Origin: Candidatus Uhrbacteria bacterium
Lineage (GTDB): Bacteria > Patescibacteriota > Patescibacteriia > UBA9934 > GWF2-40-263
Reading direction: 5' to 3'
Length of the DNA: 42,527 nt
NCBI GenBank assembly: GCA_003523645.1
Contig: DOFP01000007.1
Coordinates: 1-42,527, forward strand
Shown here: piece after piece, positions 28,526 to 37,497 of the stretch
Position numbering within the stretch: position 1 is the first letter of the stretch
Layout of the letters: every line of letters begins with the position of its first letter
Program-made: the position numbers and the translations under genes
The notes under the pieces: model-generated
Told to the model about the DNA's origin: nothing
Seen by the model: the letters and a program-made list of their open reading frames with translations, nothing else
The model's database searches: none

Positions 28526-29959
28526 ATGAACGATTTAGAGTTTGGTCGAACATCCTACCTGATTCGCGATTTGATATTTGGAGATAGTGGAAAGGGAACT
28601 ATCGGAGAGTTTCTCACATGGTGGCTTGATCAATTCGCGCCAATTTGGTCAAAGGTTCATACAGTCATTCGGACCGAGGGTGGTCATCAGGCCATACACA
28701 ACAATATCCTTCCCGATGGACGACATCATGGATTTTCCCAGTTTGGGTCGGGAAGTCTCACGTCTCCGATTTGGACACACCATGCAAAGGGAATGATGGT
28801 CGAGCCACTGCACGCACTTGACGAGGGAAAGGATTTGCAGCATTTGGGCGTGCGGGATATCTTCGGCCGTTTGACTGTGAGTCGCGATGTCCGAATAGTG
28901 ACGCCGTTTCAACAGGCAGCCAACCGTCTTCGCGAATATGCTCGAGGAGTCGGACGGCACGGAAGTTGCGGAAAAGGGATTGGTGAAACTGCATCTGATG
29001 CACTTGCGATCGGAACCGATGCTCTTTATGCAAGAGATCTGATGGATTCTGCAATCCTTCGGGAAAAGTTGTCTCAGATTCAGGCATACAAGCTGGCTCA
29101 GCTCGCAGATCTGATATATCGATTTGGAGATGACAAAGCAATCTCGGCAGAGATCGACTGGCTCACAAATACGGCAGCTTCATCGATTCTCGTCGCGTAT
29201 CTTGGCGAGTTCGTCGAACGCGTGAAGATCGTGGAGAATGCACACATTGGTGGAATTCTTTCCAGGCCGGGTTCGGTGATTTTTGAGGGAGCGCAAGGAG
29301 TTCTCATTGATGAGTGGCGCGGGTTTCACCCGTACACGACATGGAGTACCTGTACGTTTGACAACGCGCTCGAACTTCTCCGCGAACACCAGTATGACGG
29401 CAGGATTGTCCGGATCGGAGTTGTCCGCGCGTATGCAACACGACACGGTGCCGGACCATTTATGACAGAAGATCCATTTCTTACCAATGCACTTCCGGAC
29501 ACATATAACGTGACGGATGTTTGGCAACAGACGTTCCGTGTCGGCTGGTTCGATGCTGTGGCTGCTCGATACGCAATTGCAGCATGTGGTCAGGTAGATG
29601 CATTGGCTGTCACTTGTCTTGATCGAATGCGTGATTTATCTCAGTGGCTCATCTGCACCGGATATGAATTATCTGAAGATGATTCGAATGCGGCAAAGTT
29701 TTTTGAACTGGATCCGCAAAATCCGAGGATTGCGCGTAATATTCGGCTTGGACCTCACAAAGATCTCGTTTATCAAGAGACCTTGACTGAGCAGTTGAAG
29801 CGTGTGAAGCCGATATATGAAGTCTCTGCCAATGCAGCAGACTTTGGCCAGCGTGCAGAGCAGCATCTTGCACGAATCGAATCTGAACTCGGCGTGCCGG
29901 TCGCTATCACATCCTACGGTCCAACCGTTCTGGACAAGCGAATGGTACGCCCCGTTTAA
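28526..29959 (+). CDS. Adenylosuccinate synthetase (PurA)-family protein, highly divergent, locus-2 copy
   Basis: RBS GGAGGaatcATG. Eroded P-loop FGDSGKGTIG, GGHQAIHN, GSCGKGIGET, IFEGAQGVLIDEWRGFHPYTTWSTCT, RAYATRHGAGPFMTED, VTCLDRM. Matches PurA motifs in order. Confidence 0.8.
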   Translation: MNDLEFGRTSYLIRDLIFGDSGKGTIGEFLTWWLDQFAPIWSKVHTVIRTEGGHQAIHNNILPDGRHHGFSQFGSGSLTSPIWTHHAKGMMVEPLHALDEGKDLQHLGVRDIFGRLTVSRDVRIVTPFQQAANRLREYARGVGRHGSCGKGIGETASDALAIGTDALYARDLMDSAILREKLSQIQAYKLAQLADLIYRFGDDKAISAEIDWLTNTAASSILVAYLGEFVERVKIVENAHIGGILSRPGSVIFEGAQGVLIDEWRGFHPYTTWSTCTFDNALELLREHQYDGRIVRIGVVRAYATRHGAGPFMTEDPFLTNALPDTYNVTDVWQQTFRVGWFDAVAARYAIAACGQVDALAVTCLDRMRDLSQWLICTGYELSEDDSNAAKFFELDPQNPRIARNIRLGPHKDLVYQETLTEQLKRVKPIYEVSANAADFGQRAEQHLARIESELGVPVAITSYGPTVLDKRMVRPV

Positions 29960-30012
29960 TAAGGGTTCGAATAAAATCTTGAGGAATCGTTAAAAACGGT
30001 TCCTTTTTGTAT

Positions 30013-30039
30013 AAAAAAACCGCTGCGGAGAAGCAGCGG
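30013..30039 (-). terminator. Rho-independent terminator for the minus-strand gene 30050-30808
   Basis: On the minus strand: CCGCTGC-ttctcc-GCAGCGG followed by TTTTTTT. Confidence 0.7.
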
Positions 30040-30049
30040 AAACGAGTTC

Positions 30050-30808
30050 TTATTTCGGAAAAGGAAGAGCATAAACAGCATCTTCCAAATATTGTTTTAC
30101 TCGATCAATTTCCAAATCACCTTGGAGAGTCCGGAGTTCTGATTCCGTATCGATATTCACTCTTGGAAAGAGTTTTCCAAAAGGTTTTATACGCTCGATT
30201 GTCTTCAATCCGAGTTTACCTGCGATTCCGATGCCGATGTTGGGGAATCGACTCCGGACTTCAGAGATATATGGACCAAGTTTTTTGATATCGAGCATTT
30301 TTCCCTTTGACCCATCTAGATCAAGGAGAATATCTGTCGGAGCATCGCCGTACTCTCCGACTTTTTGTGCGAGTTGTACAGGATCACTATGCACCTGTTC
30401 AAACGCATGATGTCCGACTTGGAGAATAAGTCGGAAGTGAGGAAATCGATTTCGATAGGCACTGAGAACAGTTGGGCGTGGCCAAGCAATGTTCATCTGG
30501 AAACCTTCGAAGTGTGGTCCAGCCAGAGTCGTGATCCGACACATTTGAAGAAACAAGGTGTCAAGATCTGGTGTCGTATAATGAACAAGGTTGAGTGTGG
30601 CTGGATCGTCAGGAAAAAGTTCGACCAGACGATGAATCAGTGGATACTTTTTTGGGTTTCCCGGTGGTTTCCCAAACAATGTTTTCATGTTCGCGAGCAC
30701 TCCGATCATGAGCCGTCGTTTTGTCTCAAGTGTTTTGAAGTGTTTAAGCACTTGGTTTACTTCTGTCCGACTCATAAAGCCGGTGAAGCCGATGTATGGA
30801 GTTTTCAT
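30050..30808 (-). CDS. TIM-barrel protein resembling phosphoribosylanthranilate isomerase (TrpF-like), tentative
   Basis: RBS AGGAGGtatca-ATG. IGFTGF (cf. KICGIT), ILLDLDGSKGKMLD (cf. LLD..GGSGKTFDW), C-terminal VNIDTESE...VKQYLEDA resembles the PRAI C-terminus. Weak call. Confidence 0.4.
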   Translation of the reverse strand: MKTPYIGFTGFMSRTEVNQVLKHFKTLETKRRLMIGVLANMKTLFGKPPGNPKKYPLIHRLVELFPDDPATLNLVHYTTPDLDTLFLQMCRITTLAGPHFEGFQMNIAWPRPTVLSAYRNRFPHFRLILQVGHHAFEQVHSDPVQLAQKVGEYGDAPTDILLDLDGSKGKMLDIKKLGPYISEVRSRFPNIGIGIAGKLGLKTIERIKPFGKLFPRVNIDTESELRTLQGDLEIDRVKQYLEDAVYALPFPK

Positions 30809-30905
30809 TGATACCTCCTTTTATGGTTGAAGTTTCTAGAATGATCCTAACTTGTTTAAAAAGGATGTCAACAATTTTTGCTTGTCGGATGCGTTTGTTT
30901 TGCTT

Positions 30906-31502
30906 ATGATGGGGTATGTTCACATTTTTATGAAACTTCCTTTGATTTTTCGAAACATGCAAAAACAGTTTGTGAATGCTCAACAAGGGCGTTCAGCTGT
31001 GATACATGCATCAAATGATGCACTTAATCGTTCAAAACGTGCGATTTTTGCATTACATCGCGGAAACGCACAAACAGCGACAACACTGTTAGAAGAGGCT
31101 AAAATCTGTTTTCAAGATGCAGAACGACGATTTCGCACTAGTCCGGAATTAAAACATGAAGGTTCTTATCAGGCAGCACGTGAAGAGTATACGGAAGCAA
31201 TGATATTTGCGGATTATCTTCGTGGTGGACGCTTTTCCATATCAGAGCCACGGATTGCAGATCCGCAGGTGTTTCTTGCAGGTCTTTCTGATGCCACAGG
31301 TGAGATTGTTCGGTATGCTATTCGTCAAGCAACGCATGGAAATCGAGAAGAAGTCACACGTGCTCACGAGACCATTGAAATGATTATCCATTTTCTTTTG
31401 GAACTTGATTTGACCGGATACCTTCGTCAGAAGTTTGATCAAGGAAAAAAGAATTTGCGTACCATAGAAGATATCCTTTACGACTTAAGTCTCAAATCCT
31501 AA
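30906..31502 (+). CDS. Translin-family protein (putative)
   Basis: All-helical ~198-aa protein. C-terminus LRQKFDQGKKNLRTIEDILYDLSLKS matches the translin signature (human LRKRYDGLKYDVKKVEEVVYDLSI). Start uncertain (ORF track begins at a TTG at 30852). Confidence 0.55.
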   Translation: MMGYVHIFMKLPLIFRNMQKQFVNAQQGRSAVIHASNDALNRSKRAIFALHRGNAQTATTLLEEAKICFQDAERRFRTSPELKHEGSYQAAREEYTEAMIFADYLRGGRFSISEPRIADPQVFLAGLSDATGEIVRYAIRQATHGNREEVTRAHETIEMIIHFLLELDLTGYLRQKFDQGKKNLRTIEDILYDLSLKS

Positions 31503-31507
31503 TTGTT

Positions 31508-32161
31508 ATGCCATTTACTCCGTCATCCTGGTATTTTTTCCGGGACGAATTCGACCTGTTGGAGGAGGAGATGGACGCGATTCTTTATAAGCATGAACGA
31601 ACACGTGATACATCCATTCGTGCCATGGAAGAAGAAATTATTGAGGAGCAGACACGTGTGGAAGGTCGTTACGAAGAGGAGATTGCCCGATTTTTTGTCC
31701 ACAACAAAGAGGATGGAGCGGAAGAGGATCATGTGCTGGAAGATGATCGTCCTCTGCGGGAAATGCTTAGAGAACATTGCGTTCGTGATCCATTATATCA
31801 ACGGGCATTTTTTTGGGCGACAAATCTTTTTCAATGGGCAGGTCGGGAATATGGGAAACAGACATCAAAAAATCGCGACTTGTTTGAGATTTATTTGAAT
31901 GTTTGTTTGGTTCCGGTAAAGATTGCTTGTGCGCGTGCGGATGAAGCATGGGAAGATCCAAAAACATTGCCTGTTGTTGCAAAGGAATACGAATCCGCTC
32001 TTTTTTATCTTGTAAGAATGATTGATGCCTTGGCCCGACTCGAACGAAAAATAAAATCTCTTTCTCCATCTTTTATTCAGGAAGCGCGTTTTCTTCAACG
32101 TGAACTCGGACGGTTGCATGCACAATGTGTTCGGCAACAAAAAGATCGTTGGAATATTTGA
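31508..32161 (+). CDS. Hypothetical acidic helical protein (217 aa)
   Basis: ORF directly downstream of the translin-like gene (6-nt gap). No motifs recognised. Confidence 0.5.
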   Translation: MPFTPSSWYFFRDEFDLLEEEMDAILYKHERTRDTSIRAMEEEIIEEQTRVEGRYEEEIARFFVHNKEDGAEEDHVLEDDRPLREMLREHCVRDPLYQRAFFWATNLFQWAGREYGKQTSKNRDLFEIYLNVCLVPVKIACARADEAWEDPKTLPVVAKEYESALFYLVRMIDALARLERKIKSLSPSFIQEARFLQRELGRLHAQCVRQQKDRWNI

Positions 32162-32162
32162 C

Positions 32163-32837
32163 ATGGGTGTTTTACATCGGCCAAAAATAACGGCCATCAT
32201 TCCTGCTTTTAATGAAGAAGCGACTATTGCTCATGTCGTAGAAGTTGTCATTTCTTCTCCACTTATCGATGAATGTTTCGTGGTCTCAGACGGATCAACG
32301 GATCACACAGCTGAGATAGCGCGTCGAGCAAGAGCCACACAGGTTTTTGAACGATCTACTTGCGGAGGAAAAGGGGCAGCGATGTTGTATGCGGTTGCAC
32401 AAACAGATGCGGCTATCCTTGTTTTTTTTGATGCAGATTTGCGTGGATTGACCACGGATCATATCGAACGATTGGTTTTGCCAGTGATTTCCGGTGCGAA
32501 GGCTATGAATGTTGGTTTGCGTGATCGTGGAATGTTTTGGACGAATTTTTCTCGTTATTTGCCATTGATTAGCGGAGAACGCGCATTGATTCGTCGGATT
32601 GTTGATGAGATTCCTCCAGAGTATGTCCAGGGATTTATGGTTGAAGTCGCATTGAATTATTTTTGTAAATATCACAAGCTGCGGTACGGATCCGTGTTTC
32701 TTCCAGGACTTTCCATCCGGCGAAAGTATGAAAAAGTGGGAATCAAAAAAGCGGCAGGTCAATATATTCATATGTTTTTTCAAATTTTAACCGCCATGTT
32801 TATTCTTCGCATGGCAAGAATATTTAAACAATTTTGA
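32163..32837 (+). CDS. Family 2 glycosyltransferase (polyprenyl-phosphate sugar transferase-like)
   Basis: ITAIIPAFNEEATI, VVSDGSTDHT, FFDADL (DxD) motifs. Start overlaps the previous stop (TGACATGG). Confidence 0.85.
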   Translation: MGVLHRPKITAIIPAFNEEATIAHVVEVVISSPLIDECFVVSDGSTDHTAEIARRARATQVFERSTCGGKGAAMLYAVAQTDAAILVFFDADLRGLTTDHIERLVLPVISGAKAMNVGLRDRGMFWTNFSRYLPLISGERALIRRIVDEIPPEYVQGFMVEVALNYFCKYHKLRYGSVFLPGLSIRRKYEKVGIKKAAGQYIHMFFQILTAMFILRMARIFKQF

Positions 32838-32838
32838 T

Positions 32839-34293
32839 ATGTCTATACATCTTGCAGATGTTCAATCTTTTAAAGATGCTGTTGTAACGGTCATGGGTCT
32901 TGGTCGGTATAAACAAGGAAGCGGTATTGGAGCGGCAAAATGGCTTTTACGTCATGGTGCCCAAATGGTGATTACGGATTTGAAAACAGAGGAAGAACTT
33001 CAAGAGTCTGTCAAAGAAATCACATCTTGGTACGAACGTTATAAAGAGATGTATCCAGATCGCAATATTTATAGCCCTGTTTTTGTTTTAGGTGAACATC
33101 GAGCTGATAATTTTACAGATGTGGATCTTGTGGTACAAAATCCAGGTGTTCCAAAAGAATCGGAGTTTGTGCAACTTGCCAAACAACATGGCGTATCTGT
33201 GGAAAGTGATGTGAGTTTATTTTTTCGCTTCTGTCCGTTTCCAATTTATGCGGTTACAGGCACACGAGGAAAATCAACAACAACCGCATTGATCGGAGAA
33301 ATTTTGAAAGCATTGAATCCAAAAGCGATTGTTGCGGGAAATATGGCCGTGTCTCCATTGGAATATCTGGATGAGCTTTTGGAAGAAAAAGAATCTATTC
33401 CGATTGTTCTCGAACTTTCTTCTTGGCTTATTGATAGTTTGGAAACCGTTCCTCGTGGTCCGGAAATTAGTGTTCTTACGAATGTATTTGAGGATCATCT
33501 GAATCGATACGGTTCATTTGCAGATTATATTCGCTCAAAAGAAGCAATGTTTCACCATCAGACTGCAAAGCAAAAGGCTGTGTTAAATTTTGATCATGAA
33601 ATCGTGCGAGAGATCGGTTCTCGAGTCCATGCGCAGAAATTTTGGTTTTCTCATGAGCAACTTGCTGAAGAAATGGACGGAGCATACGTAGAAAATGGAA
33701 CGATTTTTTTTCGGGAAAAAGGAAAGTCTGAATCCATTTTGCCTGTTGCGGAAATGAGACTTCAAGGAGAGCATAATGTGCAAAATGCATTAGCGGCTGT
33801 GGCGACTGGACGTATAGCTGGTGCAAGTTTGGAGATTATTGCACAGGTACTCCGTACATTTGTGGGTTTGCCGGGACGTCAGGAACTTGTTCGAGAAGTG
33901 AACGGAGTAGTCTATATAAATGACACCACTGCCACATCTCCGGATGGGACCATTGCTGCTTTAGAACATTTTGGAAAGAAAGCAAATATTATTCTTCTTG
34001 CAGGAGGTTCATCCAAGAATTTATCTTTGGAAAAATTGGGAAACGTTATTCGTGCCACTTGTAAATTTGTCGTGCTCTTGGAAGGAGATGCCACAGCGAT
34101 GTTTGCAGCCGCGATTGGAGATTCTGTTCCGACGGTCCAGGTTGTTTCTATGGCAGATGCGGTGATGACCGCAGCGCGAATGGCTCAAACAGATGATGTC
34201 ATTCTTCTTTCTCCAGGGACAGCCAGTTTTGGTATGTTCAAAAATGAATACGACCGCGGTGGTCAATTTGTGGATGCAGTGAAGAGATTGTAA
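32839..34293 (+). CDS. murD: UDP-N-acetylmuramoyl-L-alanine--D-glutamate ligase
   Basis: N-terminal Rossmann segment VTVMGLGRYKQGSGIGAAKWLLRHGAQMVITD typical of MurD. Mur-ligase P-loop VTGTRGKSTTTALIGEIL. C-terminal domain LAGGSSKN. Confidence 0.9.
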   Translation: MSIHLADVQSFKDAVVTVMGLGRYKQGSGIGAAKWLLRHGAQMVITDLKTEEELQESVKEITSWYERYKEMYPDRNIYSPVFVLGEHRADNFTDVDLVVQNPGVPKESEFVQLAKQHGVSVESDVSLFFRFCPFPIYAVTGTRGKSTTTALIGEILKALNPKAIVAGNMAVSPLEYLDELLEEKESIPIVLELSSWLIDSLETVPRGPEISVLTNVFEDHLNRYGSFADYIRSKEAMFHHQTAKQKAVLNFDHEIVREIGSRVHAQKFWFSHEQLAEEMDGAYVENGTIFFREKGKSESILPVAEMRLQGEHNVQNALAAVATGRIAGASLEIIAQVLRTFVGLPGRQELVREVNGVVYINDTTATSPDGTIAALEHFGKKANIILLAGGSSKNLSLEKLGNVIRATCKFVVLLEGDATAMFAAAIGDSVPTVQVVSMADAVMTAARMAQTDDVILLSPGTASFGMFKNEYDRGGQFVDAVKRL

Positions 34294-34314
34294 GAATGGA
34301 ATAGTCTCTAAAAG

Positions 34315-34899
34315 GTGGGGAACAGAAAAATATGTTATTCTGTATGTACTTCTTTTATGATCTGGAATCGTCTTCTTTCACCTGAGTCAAATGAACAATT
34401 GTTGACCGTGGCTCATACAACTGCGGTTTCGCATTTACCTTGGATATTTTTTCTTTTGGTGTGGATTTGTGCGCCGTTCTTTTTTTTGTTTTCTCTTTGG
34501 GAATTTGGATGGATGGGTCGACTGGTGTTTGGAGGGTTATTTTTGTCCGGACTTTTCCTTGCTTGGCGTACGTGGTTTTCCTGGCAACACACCTGTCTTA
34601 TTATGACAGATCGACGTGTGGCTGTGGTAACACAGCGTGGTTTTTTTGATCGCACTATTTCCGAATCTTCTTATACGGATATTCAAGATGCAACGGTCCG
34701 GGTGAAGGGAATTTTTTCCACATTATTTCGGTACGGAACGATTCGTCTGGAACGGAAGGGGACGACTGCATCTCCACTTGAGATGCGGCGTCTTCGACAT
34801 CCGGCGCGTATCCAAGCATTGGTTCATGAAATTCGAGAAGATATCAAATCTCCCGAATATACCGCTCATGCAAGTGCTCAATCACAGATTTCTTCGTAG
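34315..34899 (+). CDS. Membrane protein with bacterial PH-like (YdbS/YdbT-type) domain, tentative
   Basis: Two TM helices followed by CLIMTDRRVAVVTQRGFFDRTISESSYTDIQDATV...GTIRL, as in bPH_2 proteins. Start uncertain. Confidence 0.45.
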   Translation: MGNRKICYSVCTSFMIWNRLLSPESNEQLLTVAHTTAVSHLPWIFFLLVWICAPFFFLFSLWEFGWMGRLVFGGLFLSGLFLAWRTWFSWQHTCLIMTDRRVAVVTQRGFFDRTISESSYTDIQDATVRVKGIFSTLFRYGTIRLERKGTTASPLEMRRLRHPARIQALVHEIREDIKSPEYTAHASAQSQISS

Positions 34900-34904
34900 T
34901 CGTT

Positions 34905-35369
34905 ATGTCGCGTGTTTCTCGACCATATTTGTTTCGTCGTTTGTTGGATGTCCGATGGTTTTTTATATTGAACCTCGTCGTCTTAGGTTTTCTTTTATTG
35001 TCTTTTGGAAAAGAGTTTGCGCGTCATTATACCATTCAACAGGAAATTCATCGTTTACAAGTACAGGCTGAGGAATTAGGTGCGCACAAACTCGAAATTG
35101 AACAATTGGCTCAAGCCATGCAGACGGAAGCATTTATTGAACGCGAAGCCCGGTTAAAACTCGGTCTTCGCAAGCCTGGAGAGGAGGTTGTTGTGATTGA
35201 AGAAAAAAAAGAAACTTCGACTCCAGGATCTATTGAATCTCCTTTGATACGGGATGGAACAACTCCATCCACTTCCACCGTTCTTGCGAATCTGAAAAAA
35301 TGGTGGTACTACTTTTTTGATCATCAAACGTTTGAATCTATTCACGCCTATGGGTCTCTTTCCTCTTAA
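34905..35369 (+). CDS. Septum formation initiator family protein (FtsB/DivIC-like)
   Basis: N-terminal TM, coiled coil, then the conserved EREARLKLGLRKPGEEVVVI motif of FtsB/DivIC. Confidence 0.8.
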   Translation: MSRVSRPYLFRRLLDVRWFFILNLVVLGFLLLSFGKEFARHYTIQQEIHRLQVQAEELGAHKLEIEQLAQAMQTEAFIEREARLKLGLRKPGEEVVVIEEKKETSTPGSIESPLIRDGTTPSTSTVLANLKKWWYYFFDHQTFESIHAYGSLSS

Positions 35370-36357
35370 GAAAAAAAATCTTCAAGAAATTTCACATTCT
35401 CCGTCAGAAGTCATGTCTGTTCCAACAGATTCTTCTTTACCTCCATCTCATGTTCCGTCTGTTCGTCGATGGTTCCGTTGGCTTATTGGATCCATGATCG
35501 TTGTTTTTATTCTTGGGAGTATCGGAGCGGTGACGGTTGTTGTGTATATTCTCCCTCCGAGTGATCCTCTGGTCCGTAAAGTGACATCTGTGATTCCGTA
35601 TCCGATAGCTCTTGTGAATCGTCAATGGATTACGTTTAAAGAATTTTATGCGGAACAAGATGCATTAAAACGTTTTTTTGAACAATCGCAGGAAGATGGT
35701 CAAACAGCTCCATCTGTTGACGAACTTCAATCAGATATTCTGGATACATTGATTGATAAAGCGGCGGTGCAACAATTGGCAGACCGTTATGCAGTTTCGA
35801 TTGATCAAAAACAAGTGGATGATCTTCTTGCATCCACGTATGCACAAAGCGGTTCGGAACAGGCATTTCTTGATGAAGTACACAAAGTGTTTGGGTGGAA
35901 TAAAGAGCAATTTACCGTTCGTGTTATTGAACCGATTGTCCTTGCTTCTCAGGTACGTGAAGCATTGCAAAAAGATACAACCATGCAAAGTGTGCCGCGA
36001 GCAAAAGTCGACGAAGCATTGGAACGTTTGAAAAAGAATGAATCCTTTGCAGATGTTGCAAAAGATGTAAGTGAAGATGCTTCTGCAGCAGAAGGCGGAG
36101 ATATTGGATCGCTTCATCTTTCAGAAATGCCAGAGTCATTAGCAGCCATAATTCCAAGTTTAGAACCAAATGTTCCAAGTGATGTTCTTGAACTTTCTGA
36201 GGTGTATGCCATTGTGATGATTGGAGAACGTCCAGCAGAAGGAGAAGAAGATCCTTCTTATAAAATTTCTCTTATTATTGTAAACAAACGTCCTTTGGAT
36301 GAAATAGTGACTGAATTTTTAGCTTCATCTCAAGTGACGCGATTTCTTAAAGGGTAA
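35350..36357 (+). CDS. Membrane-anchored SurA/PrsA-like chaperone with parvulin-type PPIase-like domain
   Basis: N-terminal TM (WLIGSMIVVFILGSIGAVTVVVYIL). ESFADVAKDVSEDASAAEGGDIGSL resembles the parvulin motif F.ELAK.YS.D..S...GG.LG. Start uncertain (35317/35350/35413). Confidence 0.55.
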   Translation: MGLFPLKKKNLQEISHSPSEVMSVPTDSSLPPSHVPSVRRWFRWLIGSMIVVFILGSIGAVTVVVYILPPSDPLVRKVTSVIPYPIALVNRQWITFKEFYAEQDALKRFFEQSQEDGQTAPSVDELQSDILDTLIDKAAVQQLADRYAVSIDQKQVDDLLASTYAQSGSEQAFLDEVHKVFGWNKEQFTVRVIEPIVLASQVREALQKDTTMQSVPRAKVDEALERLKKNESFADVAKDVSEDASAAEGGDIGSLHLSEMPESLAAIIPSLEPNVPSDVLELSEVYAIVMIGERPAEGEEDPSYKISLIIVNKRPLDEIVTEFLASSQVTRFLKG

Positions 36358-36422
36358 AAGACGAGACAAATCTGCTTGATCTCCAGTCTTCATTTTGATA
36401 CGATCGCGGTCGTCCGTCTCTT

Positions 36423-36498
36423 GCCACTTTAGCTCAGTCGGTAGAGCAATGCTTTCGTAAAGCAGAGGTCCCGGGTTCGAATCCCGGAAGTGGCTCCA
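36423..36498 (+). tRNA. tRNA-Thr (anticodon CGT), CCA encoded
   Basis: Acceptor GCCACTT/AAGTGGC, D-arm GCTC-agtcggta-GAGC, anticodon loop ttCGTaa, T-arm CCGGG-ttcgaat-CCCGG. Confidence 0.9.
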
Positions 36499-36500
36499 AT

Positions 36501-36541
36501 AAAACAGCATAATATTACGTGCTGTTTTATTGTTGTTTTTT
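36501..36541 (+). terminator. Rho-independent terminator after tRNA-Thr
   Basis: AAAACAGCA-taatattacg-TGCTGTTTT followed by a T-rich run. Confidence 0.7.
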
Positions 36542-36633
36542 GACAAAAAGAATTAAGAATCATAGGATGTCTGATCTCTCCAGATTCTTTGGAGAGATGT
36601 CGGTGTCCTTTGAAATAAAAAATGGAGTAACAA

Positions 36634-37497
36634 ATGAGTGTTTTAAACGGATATTGTGATTTGATTGTAACACCGGAACGGCGGAGTGCGGAACGATTGT
36701 TGGAAGATCAGGAAAGCAGTCGTCCTAATCGTCGAGTCATACCGCGATATATTCTTTCTTCGAACAATCCGTATGGTTTTTTTGGACTGGATGATCCGGA
36801 TCTTTCGACGTTTGCCGATCTCATTTGTACTTTTCAAAACGGGAGTCGAGAAACACATCCTGAACACGCAAAAGACATGGCTTTTCTTCCCATTGATCGG
36901 GCGCGACGGATTATTTTTGAGGGTGGAGCCCATGTATTCGTCCATGAAAAAGGAATGTGTATTGCCTGTTTCCTGATCGAGTGTCTCGGATCCTTCGGTT
37001 CGCATCTGGTTGTAAAAGGCGGATATCTCGCTACAAGGTCTCGGCTCGAGGTATTCGAGTTTCTCGACACGCTCCTTTTGCATCCGTATCAGGGTTGCTG
37101 GGTCGTGATACGAACATGGGATGGTCTGCGTTCCCTTTTTTCACGATTACTCAATGGAAAACATTTGTACGGACCGTGGCTTGAGTACGGATATGAGGAA
37201 TTTTCACACAAACTTCCTGCGATTTGGAATGACTATACATATGGAGGGAAGAAAGGAGACAATGGGAATCCTTTTCTCGTTCGTCCCCCTGTTGGTTTGG
37301 ATCTTTCAGACGACATCCTGCCTGATTCTTTGTCTCCGGAAGATACGGAGTGGCTAAAGAAGCGGATGCAACAACAATTATTTTCGACTGAGATTGCAGC
37401 GTTGATCCGTTATTATGCAACTATTGAACGAGCTGGGCGGCTTGGAAAATATTCTGTGCCGGATGTACGTTCTCTTGAATACGGAGATCGGATATGA
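36634..37497 (+). CDS. Hypothetical protein (287 aa), first gene of the putative operon ending in the MVP-like gene
   Basis: RBS AATGGAGtaacaaATG. Cys-containing globular protein with no recognised motifs. Stop overlaps the next start. Confidence 0.55.
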   Translation: MSVLNGYCDLIVTPERRSAERLLEDQESSRPNRRVIPRYILSSNNPYGFFGLDDPDLSTFADLICTFQNGSRETHPEHAKDMAFLPIDRARRIIFEGGAHVFVHEKGMCIACFLIECLGSFGSHLVVKGGYLATRSRLEVFEFLDTLLLHPYQGCWVVIRTWDGLRSLFSRLLNGKHLYGPWLEYGYEEFSHKLPAIWNDYTYGGKKGDNGNPFLVRPPVGLDLSDDILPDSLSPEDTEWLKKRMQQQLFSTEIAALIRYYATIERAGRLGKYSVPDVRSLEYGDRI

